A stretch of 58,348 nucleotides of DNA, the filler included, from Trypethelium eluteriae (Eukaryota): the NCBI GenBank assembly GCA_051942245.1. It is 4 parts of 4 records of this genome, joined end to end, with 100 filler letters (N's around TTAATTAATTAA, not from the genome) between each part and the next. Parts side by side here need not be neighbours in the genome. Positions count along the whole stretch, not along the records: positions 14,627 to 29,145 come from JAVECL010000686.1; positions 29,246 to 43,759 come from JAVECL010000687.1; 2 more parts are not named here. The stretch is one strand, 5' to 3'. Both the position numbers and the translations under genes were made by a program. Shown here piece by piece: positions 22,877 to 33,066 of the stretch (position 1 is its first letter; each line of letters starts with the position of its first letter). The notes below the pieces were generated by a model, which was not told the DNA's origin, searched no databases, and saw nothing but the letters and a program-made list of their open reading frames with translations.

Positions 22877-23989
22877 GCGTCGTATGCAGTCTTCGTAAAT
22901 AATGAAAATGTGAGAAGACCAGTGTTGAGAATCTTTTGCTATGCTGAAGAGGTAAGTAGGACTTATATATATCCAAGTCATGTAGTATCGTCACTACCAT
23001 CCCACTCAAATGCAATCCCTAAACTCCAGTAACTCCGTCCGAGGCAGCAAGATTGATAAAAGCTTTAAAGCCGTCGGCATACTACGTAGTCACTTCGGAG
23101 AAGAACGAAACTTCTTAAATGTTGGCGCAACGCTAGCTTGAAGCGGCTATGCAAAGAAAGGGCTTGTGCAGCGATTCCGGATACGGCTAGTCTTGCGCGC
23201 CTTCTGCAAAGACACAAGGATACAAGCAACGCAAGGATGAAGTTTAGCGGCGATCTCCCGTCGGCATGGCTAAAACTCAATCCCTGCACCTGGTTCTTTG
23301 CAGCGTCCGTTGTCTGCGACGTGTATAGGCGCATTCCAGTCGCTGCTAAGCGAGGGAGAGCGATTGAAGCTTGGGCAATATCCCTTACACTCGGTTTGCT
23401 GAGGTCTCCGTGTCGATAGGATAGTACAATTGCTGCTGAATGCAGGGACGCGGCACGCCCAGATTGAAAGTTTTGATCTTATGATTTCCGATGAGATTCA
23501 TGGCACACTCCCGACTCTGCCCCCGTTTCATGTGCTTTTAGGATGTAGGGTCTGTCTCAGCATTGCTGGAAGTGAGCGTGGTACATTCAGATATGGGTGA
23601 CCATAGATCTTTGCTGCACCTTGGCGCAAGGGTGAGACTTACGGAGCCTCATCGGGACCAATATACACGGTCCCAATATCTCCTCAGGTGGATATTGGGC
23701 GCAAAGTCATATTATGCACCCCAATGGCGTAGTCCACACGCGAAATATGCCCTACATGGTGTGCATTAAATGTCATCGCTTGCCCTTTCTTTTGTACAAC
23801 TTCTGCGAAACGAGTTTTCGCTTGGATACAGGCGGAGCTGGTCTGCCCCAATGTTTTGCATTCAACAAAGTCTCATCAAGCCATCAAGTAGTTGGCAATA
23901 CCTTCTTAGAGTATGTTGCGGTTACTCAGAGAATGACCCCGAGGACCTCGGTCACGGTCCTAGACAGACGCCTTGGTCAACCGCGGTTA

Positions 23990-24150
23990 GTCGGACACAC
24001 GCTGTACCACAGTGCGGTTCAACGTTTGGGGGAACTGGAGGTTACAGGAAACGCTCACCAGTTGACTGATATCATGCAAGTACAAGCCTAGCTACTGCTT
24101 GCATTCTATGAACTCATGCGGGTCGACTTTCGCCGCAGTTAGACGAGCGC
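23990..24150 (+). pseudogene. Fragment of a fungal-specific (Zn2Cys6-type) transcription factor
   Basis: HTLYHSAVQRLGELEV...DIMQVQA*LLLAFYELMRVDFRRS*TSA, against the family consensus ..EQ.QAWLLLA.YE.MR..FRRGWMSA. Both Trp positions are TAG (24089-24091, 24140-24142). Confidence 0.65.
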
Positions 24151-25957
24151 ATCTGAGCTCTGTATACTTAGGCGGTAGAATCAGACGCTAGAATACAATA
24201 AGAACGCTGTCCACGACTCAGAGATGGACTTGAGTCCATCAAAAGCGTAGAGAACATCACGAAAAGCACAAAGACTGACAAACAACTACGGTTGAAGGAC
24301 GTCTTAAGATTGCTGCCAGTAGGTCTGAATATTCAAGATTAGATAGCGTACACGAAAATCCAAGATTAGATGCCGTGTATGTGATATAGTCAGGTCAAGA
24401 CTTCATCAGAAGTATCCAACGTGCAACGCAGGGAGCAGGCGGCACAACAGTTGTCCATGCTGTCGATAAGAATGACTGGGTGTGGCGATTTTTTCAGGTG
24501 ATCTCAGGGAGCCGAAAGACCATGATGTTGACCGGTAAGTCATGCCTTTGTATGAGCTTGCAGTTGCCCTGACACTGAAACGAAGATCCAAGTCCGAGTC
24601 GGAGGTACATAGAGTCAGAAGAAAGGTTGACCAGGGGGATGGGCTATTTATTCATGAGACTATACGGGTTGAAAGAGAAATGCAAGGTGAAGCTCAGGAG
24701 AAAGCCGAACTCCCTCTCGATTTTCGAACCCACCAGCAAACGAAGCTGCCTAGTTTCGGGAATGAATAGTAAGATCACCGTGGCTAATCAACGTCGCAAA
24801 TCTGTGCCTAGACAACGAGATCGTTGACAGTTCCTTCGGGACTACACGTCGTGTCCAACTTCCCCTGCTACAATCGTGATCGTCGCAACGCCTGACCGAG
24901 AACTTAGCGACCTTGAAAGTGCAGACGAGGTACGTTTGCAAGGAAATTGTAGGTCTAAATCACGCTGGTCAGCCTTAATGATCCTTCGTTCATTATCATC
25001 CTCGTCGTGCCCCAATGCCCTGGTTGCCTCGAGACTGCATTATCTCGCGATCCACACAGCAGGATGCAGCGACGTGAAGGTTTGGTCAAGACGCTTTGGT
25101 TGTCTTTTCAAAAGTTCTCCTTGATCCACAAACCGCACGCAGCTCGCATGCACTGATGTTCTTTTGCGCACATAGATATGTCAGGCAACAACGACGGTAC
25201 GGATGTGGGACCGCAGCCTCCTCAGCACGTCTAGAGTCGACATTTCACGTTCTCATGGCTGAGGCGCTATCGAGCCGGTGCATCAATCGATGCTTTGAGG
25301 AGGAAGTGCCTTGGCCTCTGGAGGTGTTAGCTTCGATGCTTGCACTACGAGCAGACGTGCACTTACCATAAGCCTTGGTGCACTTGAATGCCTTCGCCAC
25401 CTATTACCTGGAGCTTGTCACATTGTAATGTGTTTGACAGTTATGCCACCGGTGATTGGTGGTCTCTGAGAAGGACGTGAGTCGTTACCGGAGAAAACGA
25501 TTCGAGAGAGGACCTGAGCTTTCAGCCCTGTACGATACTCTAGCGCGAGCTTGCGCTTACGGATTCGGGGCAGCAATTCGCCGATGCTTTCCCGCGAAGA
25601 TGCAGGTTCCCAGGGTGAAACCTCTTGGAACTTCTTGCCTGCAGGCTTATTTTACCTATCAACCGATTTACTTCCTAGAGTACAAATGGATGCGATACCC
25701 AATCCCGTCTATGATGCAGAAAAAGGACACCTTGAAACAATGGATGCCGACTCCACCGCGAGTCGTGTCGTTGCGATCCCTTTTGACTTAGCTGGAATGC
25801 TGCCTTGGCGGTTGCAGGATGCAGCTGCATGATTTCAGCCTTGCGCAGAACCCCCCTTTTTCACGAATCTCATGCGGTCTTTACAGGAGAATAGAATAAA
25901 TAGAACCACGGTCCTTCATCAAGTTCTAATGCTTCTCCCTGATTGACTTTGGCTAAT

Positions 25958-28577
25958 ATGGCGGGGTTCGGATTCTCGGTCAGTGACTTGACTACCGTTG
26001 CCAGTTTTGCGTGGAACTTGTATAAGTCCTGTACGCCGCAGGTTGGACTCGCATCGAGGGTGTGTCATTGATCGATTATAGGCAAGAATGCGGGACCGTC
26101 CTTTCAGGAAGCGTCACAAAATGGTGAGGGCCTGGGAGATTCTTCATAGGAGTCTTAGTGCCGTTCTAATCATATCCAGCGGTTGCTCTACATACCGTCC
26201 TTCATGAGCTTGAAGAAGAAGCAGACAATCCCAAATCGTTGATCAACCGTTCTGGAAGGGGTAAAAGAACCGAACTTATCCAGATCACATCGGGCTGCTA
26301 CAACACTCTTAAGGAGCTTGAGAATCTGCTTATCAGACACAAGTCGTTAGGCACGGGAAATAAGAGACTTCGGGATAGGATACAGTTTAACAATGCAGAC
26401 CTACAGCATATTCGGCAGAGCCTAACTATGAACACCGGGGTTCTCAATTCCTTTTTATCATCGCTCAATAGTAGCTCTCTCGGCCGAATCGAAAGAAAGC
26501 TCGAAGAATCCATTGAAACTAAATTGGATCAAATAATAAGAGACGTTCGATCCGGAAACAAAAATGAGGACCTTCTGAGCGTCGCTGATGATGACTTGAC
26601 CGACGACGAGAAAGCTGGGCCATGGGAAGCTCTGGAGGATGAGCTATCGGAACAGGGTATAGACCGAGAAACGCTGAAGAAGCACAAGCCATGGATCGAG
26701 GCTCAACTGCATCGAAGATTGATCCATGACTCCAGTCAAGACGAAGGAGATCAGGACAACGAAGATTCATCCGGCGAAACCAGTCACGACGAAAGAGACC
26801 AGGATAAGGAAGATTCATCCGATGAAGCCAGTGTTTCTTCGGGCAATTCATCAAAGACAATAGAGCCATCCGAATACAGAAACCAGGAGGCGCCTAAATC
26901 TATTCAGTTGAAAGGGAAGACACCGATGCACCGTCCCGGGGACACCACCCAAAGGTCTATCTCCAATCCGGAAATCCTAGATGTTCCCCGTGGTGGCCAC
27001 TTTCATTTCTCACGGAGCTCGTCTCTTTCTAGCATCAGTCAGGTTGACGATAATCCTTTCTCTGTGCATTTCCGTGCTGCCGCACCGACTGTAGGAGCCT
27101 CAGGGGCAAATCAGATCATTTTCTCTCAGTGATCTTTCAGATGCGGAGGAGCCACAGTCTTTCACCTTTCAGGAGATTGATACAGCCGGACACCATGATG
27201 ACAACGATTATATCTCCGAGAATGGATATCGTTCTTCCTCATTGCATACTGTTGTTGCCACGGAAAGGGAGAATCAGTCCAAAAGAGGTCCAGACAACAG
27301 AGAAGTACGAATGTCCGCACTGAGAGGATCTTTATCTGGAGGGTCTCACGAGGGTCTGGAAGAGACTGCACATCTCGACAGACCTTCGCCCACAATGCAG
27401 GTATCGACTCAAAGAATGCGTGAAGAGCATCCAAATCTCCGTCGAGAGAATGGTAGGACCCTCACGGATTTAGATAGTTCGGATATCTTAAACAGTCCCG
27501 AAATCCTATTAGATCTTGGGATGCCAGAACGACAAAGTCTTGAACTCGAATGGCAGCTCCAAAGTATCTCTTCTAGTCTTATGAGTGCTTCATCGGATTA
27601 CCTCAGATTTCTCTTCAACTTGCCAAGCAAAAAAGATACGCAGATACAGCATCCATCCCCGACTGCGCAGCATTTATGTATTTTCGAGGATATCATCTCC
27701 AGCCTGGAATCTTTGAGAACGAGAGGCTCTGAGGAAGCCACTCTCCGAAAGGCAGGTCTATTAGTTGAAGCTCAGAGATGGGTAAGAGCAGTGTCCATGA
27801 AGCAGTGAGTTATATTTCATGGGAGATTACTTAGCGGCACTAACTAGGTGGAATACACAGAATACCAGAAGAGAAGATCGTTTCATACTCTCATAGGATG
27901 TTCCATCACAGCGACAAGGCTGAACAAAAAACTTCCACAGTTGCAATCTTAGTGAGCCTGGAAGAAGTTCAGTGGGGCTGCACGAAAAGGAAACAACTGG
28001 AAGTCACCACGGACCATGGAGGTCAGTCCAGCCAAGAGGAGGTTGAATTCATTGTTCCCATACCCAAGGGTGCTTTAGATGGATTTATCGCAGAAGTCTC
28101 CGCGCAAGATAAACACGGTTGCAATCATACAGTAGAGTTTAAGCTGAGATGCGTAAGTCATGTTCTAGGTTATCTCGTTTGCCCGCGCTCCTCCTCGCAT
28201 CGATGCCAGGACCTAACGGTTCTACGTAGGCTCCCCATCCTTTTTTTGCTAGGCAAGGCACCGATCTTTATCATAATATTGTCGTTTCCCGGAGAGAAAC
28301 GAAATGTGGATGGCGACGCAGAATTACCACAATCTCTGGCGAATCTTTCATCATTAAATCCTCAGGACTAGGACCGGCGGAAAAGCAAGTCTTCCCAGGG
28401 AAGGGATTACCTGATTTTGATTGCCCATGGATGAATGGATCGCTGATTGCGGTTGCACATGTACATCTGGGCAACTGCTCCGAACAAGAATACAGCCAGC
28501 GTCTGTCCAAGATGTTCCAAGGTGTTTCAGATGAGGAGATCAAGTCAGATTCCTCCAATTCGCTAATACATCTGTAA
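25958..28577 (+). CDS. Multidomain protein: fungal HeLo/SesA-like N-terminal domain + acidic linker + BAG-like domain + DnaJ C-terminal domain (no J-domain)
   Basis: Exons 25958-26030, 26082-26123, 26180-~27042, ~27095-27804, 27861-28152, 28230-28577; the junction near 27040-27140 is uncertain. N-terminus MAGFGFSVSDLTTVASFAWNLYKSCKNAGPSFQEASQNAVALHTVLHELEEE. BAG-like IISSLESLRTRGSEEATLRKAGLLVEAQRWV. DnaJ-C VSLEEVQWGCTKR...VPIPKG...APHPFFARQGTDLYHNIVVSRRETKCGWRRRITTISG...FPGKGLP...GSLI. Confidence 0.72.
26732..26832 (+). repeat. 48-bp in-frame tandem duplication encoding an acidic 16-aa unit
   Basis: CCAGTCAAGACGAAGGAGATCAGGACAACGAAGATTCATCCGGCGAAA / CCAGTCACGACGAAAGAGACCAGGATAAGGAAGATTCATCCGATGAAG / CCAGT. 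Confidence 0.85.
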
Positions 28578-28866
28578 AAAAGAAAAGGAGACTTAACACT
28601 CTGCGAACGGCTCGCTGGGTCAAAGAGCAAAATAGGCGAATGTAGAAATCCATCAAGACTATCGCAAGCCAAGCGATTTCCAGCAATGGGAAGTCTTCAG
28701 CGGGAAAAGTGAATTAGAACTAATGTTCCTGAATACTACCCTTTCTAAAGAGAGATACTAATGAGGAAATCTATCGCGGTCATTGAACATAGTAGCTGCG
28801 TAAAGGGTGCAAGATCCAGCCAGATGGGTACGACGAAGACGTTGGCGATCTACCGTTCAGAAGTGA

Positions 28867-29145
28867 CTATCGCAATACGGGGTCTGCCAGCCACGACGGC
28901 TCCTTCAGGCCAGGCAATAGCCTACTTTTCTTCTTCGGTTCAACAGCAGCTCCGGACCTTGCCTGCGCTTCGGTCTTGCTCGTACTCCGCGCCGCCATCT
29001 CCTTCCGATCCCTCGCATACACCTGGAGACCTCGCATATGGGTATCTTTGCCATTCTGATGGTTGTCCAGAATCCGCACCTGCAGCAGGAACGCCCTAAG
29101 CGCAGGTCTCCGATCCCAATACCTCTGCGCCTTCACCCTCTCATC
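28867..29145 (-). CDS. APC10: Anaphase-promoting complex subunit 10 (Doc1), C-terminal part; 5' end lost in the gap
   Basis: LRAFLLQVRILDNHQNGKDTHMRGLQVYA and the C-terminal ...DPVLR (IR/LR tail). Confidence 0.92.
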   Translation of the reverse strand, partial: DERVKAQRYWDRRPALRAFLLQVRILDNHQNGKDTHMRGLQVYARDRKEMAARSTSKTEAQARSGAAVEPKKKSRLLPGLKEPSWLADPVLR

Positions 29146-29245
29146 NNNNNNNNNNNNNNNNNNNNNNNNNNNNNNNNNNNNNNNNNNNNTTAATTAATTA
29201 ANNNNNNNNNNNNNNNNNNNNNNNNNNNNNNNNNNNNNNNNNNNN
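29146..29245. other. Artificial contig spacer
   Basis: N44-TTAATTAATTAA-N44. Confidence 0.98.
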
Positions 29246-30408
29246 TGTTGCTGAGGCTGGGAAGGAGGGGTGGAGGTCGCCGAGGTGGGTCGCGCAGGGG
29301 AGAGGTTCGGGGTGGATTTGTTGCGGGCGTTTTTGGAGAGGCTGGAGGCGGAGGGAGGAGAGGGGTGTAGGCGCTGGATTAGGGAGGTTTGTGAGTCCCG
29401 GATGGGGGTGCCGGTGGTGCTGGTGTCGCCATTGATGAAGCGCGAGACGAGATGTGAGCCTGGGGTGCCGCCGATGGTGGAGCCTTGGCTCTGGCTGATG
29501 GTCTGCGGACTACTGGAGTCATTGGTTTGGCCTACTGCGGATACTTTCGAGGTTTGCGGTGGGGCGTTGTTGGAAGGATGGCGTTGGAGTAGGCGCGAAG
29601 TGATCGCGTCGGCATCTGGAGGTCGTGAGGTGCGGTGTTGAGTTAACCCGTTGGCGTGGCCATCAGGATACTGAGATATTTTCATACGTTGTTGCGCTGC
29701 TTCTGTCTGATCTGGTGGCTGATTTTCTGTTTTTCCCGGCTCTAATACCATAGAATTGTTCCTCGTGTTATTTCTCGTAGTATCTCGAGTGGTCGATGGC
29801 GATTGTGAGGCGCTATCCTCTGTCCAGCCATCATCTTGCTCTTCATCATTGCCAAAGGCAAATCGAACCGACGGATGCTTTGGGCTTTTCGGACTCTTCG
29901 CTTGCTGTGGTACTTTGCCTTGCGAGGATGCTGTCCTTTTCATGCCTAAGCGAGCATCCTGCTTCATTTGCTTGGCCAATGCCTTTGACGAACCACCTCG
30001 CTGTAGCTGACCGCTGGAATGATTCTTCCTCATTTGTGCTGCGACTTGGGCGCGTGCTTCTTGCGCAATAGCTAGGGCGGAAGCGTTTCGCTTGACATTG
30101 CCTTGTCGTGGGCTCGATGAGGGTGTAGCGTTCCCGGAAAGAGAGCGCTTATGATGCCGGGAAGTGTCCTTCTCTTCGCCAGCATCAATTGGAGTGAGCT
30201 TGGCTAGCTTGTTGATGTTTTTGCCGAAGGAGGGATTTCGGGGTCCGATACGAGCAGAACCATGTCCAACAACGTGCCGCTGGGGTTTGTGATGAGCTGA
30301 GCGAGTGGGAGGAGTCTGGCCAGTGGAAGGAGATCGCAGCTGCTGAAGACTCGCAGACGAATTTCTCGTGACCGGAGAAGGTCGTTGAGGTTGAGGCGAC
30401 GAGGGCAT
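29246..30408 (-). CDS. TCO89: Tco89-like TORC1 subunit; 3' end truncated by the gap
   Basis: Disordered Ser-rich protein with RHVVG..RNPSFGKNINKL, MRKNHSSGQL, VRF...DDGWTEDSASQSPSTTR, PDADAITSRLLQR and LVSRFIN motifs, recalled from filamentous-fungal Tco89 homologues. Confidence 0.65.
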
Positions 30409-31519
30409 GCTTGCTTTTTCGGCCGTCAAACCTGCAGCGTCTCGGTTGCCTGGTCTCTGGTCTCTGTGCTGACCGAGTACCTGGTTCAATGTAACGGCGG
30501 CGTACAGAGGTAGTGCGGAGGATCGATTGGGCTGAAAAGAGCGCACACACAGCGGAAATGCCTCAAGCAGAGATGCTATGCAAGTTTCCCTGTACGACAG
30601 GCAGAGGCATTCGGCAGGCCGGCCATAGGCGGGGTGTAGCTTCACCAGAGGTTCAATTGGAGGAGGGTGGAGCGATGCAGGCCGACTCGCATTCGCCCGT
30701 GGTGGTTGCAATTACCATTTCCTCACTCCAATTGTCTATCCTCCGTCATCTCGCGACCGCCACAGTCCTCAATATCCAAGTCGACCTCGGAAGCGTCAGG
30801 TACTTACCTAGGTACCGCGAGAGGAGGTATGAACCTTATGATCATGATGTCACGTGTGAGCTGCAGAGAGCAGCAATGAAAACGATTGCCTACAAATCAC
30901 GCTCCGCCGACTGTCGCCCAAGACAATGCAAGACCTCGCCTCTGCGTTAAGGCAAAACAGTTGCAGGAGAGTCAAATCAATCGCAATGAGATACTATGTG
31001 TTCGGGTATAAACCTAACACATGCCTGCCAGGTGGTGTTCACCTCAATGGTACTAAACTCACTTAAATCACCAGGCATCCTTTAGCACCACGGTAACTTC
31101 ATCACCAGTGTTATTCACTGAATGAGAGTGATCCCATGATTGTATCTCGGCTTTGTCCGCAGACATAGTAATGTGCTCCTCAAGGTGTCAAGGTCGAGCT
31201 CTGCCGATGATCTCGATCTGGCTCCACTACAAGCGGGCAGCCTCAAGATATCAACACCGCGCCTATTTCGCCGTGTGTCGGTCTCCACTATTATGTGTTG
31301 ATTCAGAGAGCCATACATCCTAGGTGATTTGACTTTCTTCCCTTGTACCTTGTTTCTTAAGCGGTTCAGCAATGTTTTGGTGAAGGCTTGTTTACTTTGC
31401 CCAATGTCTACTGTATGTTCAGCATCTGCTTTTCCAATTCTCTGATTATCAGCATCATTTCTAGCTTATTCTAGGATTTACCCTGTCTTGGTTCTCTTTC
31501 GCAAGAATACTATGCCAAC

Positions 31520-32518
31520 ATGTGCTTACCGTTCCCTCCACCCCAATCTGTCCATGCTCAGCCCGCACAATTCGTCAGGCGGAAGCCCAAGAAGGAAGAG
31601 AAGAAACCAAAAAAGGACGGATCAAAAGAATCTTTGTCAGAAGATGGGACTCCTTGCTACCATACGCACGGCCAAGTCACCTGTTCCACGTGTAAGGCTT
31701 TTCTTGGACTTGCCGTTGCTGCTGATGGCTCTGGAGCCACCTACCCTCTTCCGGCAGTAGAAGTACCCAAAAAGAAGGAAAAGCCCAAAGACCGAAAGAA
31801 AAACAAAGAAGATAATCACAAACAAGAACACAACGCCGGAAGACGTCTCCAGACAGTACCTGTATACTATACCATGGTAAATCCGCCTTCAGAAGAAAGC
31901 TCATCAGCTTCGGATACGCATGACTGCAGTCGGACAGACCATCTGCACATCCACATCCCACAGCAACAGAAACCCGAAACTCCCGAGACAGCTTCCAAAA
32001 AATCCTCCCATCATTCCTCCAGACCAAAACAAGACGACGAGCAGGACCAGCATTACGATACCTACGGACGCGTACGGGTCCGTGTCCCCTCCCCTGCTCC
32101 ATCCTACGGTCATCATGATCACCGTCATTCTGTACGCTCTCATCCTCGTTCTCGATCCTCTACTTGGCGCACGGACCTAGAGCCAATTACGTCTTCCGAC
32201 TCCTCCTCTGAAGCCAGCTCCATGACTGTGGTCATCCCCAACCCGAACAGAAAGCATTCAAATTCGCGATCGCGTGCCAGACCATTGTCGCGTCCTTCGT
32301 CGCCATCGATATCGGATTGGAATCGTCGAGGAATGTCGGAGCGAGAGATTGCAAGGGCATCTCGGGAGAGGGCGAAAGGGAATAGTGGGAGGCGCAAGTA
32401 TTGGAAGAAGGAGAGGAGTCCGCCCGCGAGTAAAGGAAAGTCGGAGAGGGCAAGCGAGGGCAGAGAGAGGTGGCGTTACGTGTTTCCATGGTCGGAGAAT
32501 GGGAGTGATGAATATTGA
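31520..32518 (+). CDS. Hypothetical low-complexity protein (Lys/Ser/Arg/His-rich)
   Basis: 332-aa ATG-initiated ORF with a short C-x-H-x-H...CxxC segment and an RS-like C-terminal half; no family recognised. Confidence 0.6.
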   Translation: MCLPFPPPQSVHAQPAQFVRRKPKKEEKKPKKDGSKESLSEDGTPCYHTHGQVTCSTCKAFLGLAVAADGSGATYPLPAVEVPKKKEKPKDRKKNKEDNHKQEHNAGRRLQTVPVYYTMVNPPSEESSSASDTHDCSRTDHLHIHIPQQQKPETPETASKKSSHHSSRPKQDDEQDQHYDTYGRVRVRVPSPAPSYGHHDHRHSVRSHPRSRSSTWRTDLEPITSSDSSSEASSMTVVIPNPNRKHSNSRSRARPLSRPSSPSISDWNRRGMSEREIARASRERAKGNSGRRKYWKKERSPPASKGKSERASEGRERWRYVFPWSENGSDEY

Positions 32519-33066
32519 CAGGTTGGTGGATATATGCCACGTTGGAATACAACATATGAACTTGAAGGCTTAGGGATGTATTTTGCGGACCAAGGAAACA
32601 AATGGAATAGATATGAACTGGGAATTTGGAATATTGGAGGATGTTCTAAGACTATCGATAAATGTCCTTACACTAGTGTAAACTATGTCCGGCGCTGCAG
32701 CTGGGGTCCTCCGAATGCGAGTCTGGGAAATGTTCAAGTATCCTAAATTGAAACGCTTTTGTTGTCTTGCCTGATTAAGTCGTAGTCTGAGTCATACCAA
32801 GAGTCTACTAGGGATGTCCCAGATTGTAGTTCTACGAAAGAGTCATTTGCAATAAGTTTAGGCGCTTTTATTCGTCTGACTATAATTTTTATCTGGATAA
32901 TGCCGAAATAGGACTTGGACTACCCTCAACTTCGTTTTAGAAAATTAGCTTAATCGAAAATACAGTCAGATGCATTCATATTCTGTTTCGTCTACGATTA
33001 TGACGCGAACCACGCACGAATTCCATTGGGGGACTCCCCAATCTCATTCTCAAGAATAACTCCCCC

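Noticed and set aside
24223..24240. Perfect hairpin GATGGACT-TG-AGTCCATC and the nearby CAAGATTAGAT direct repeat
   Set aside because: Too short to distinguish from chance; no TIR/TSD structure or transposase nearby.
24542..24960. Possible BTB-like or other pseudogene fragment (IQVRVGG...)
   Set aside because: Only a few residues of resemblance; cannot be supported without a search.
26180..27200. Amyloid signalling motif (HRAM/PP/sigma) after the HeLo-like domain
   Set aside because: No clear N/Q/G-rich pseudo-repeat of the known types was seen.
30409..30711. Upstream in-frame extension of the Tco89-like ORF
   Set aside because: Composition is UTR-like; recognisable motifs start after the ATG at 30408.
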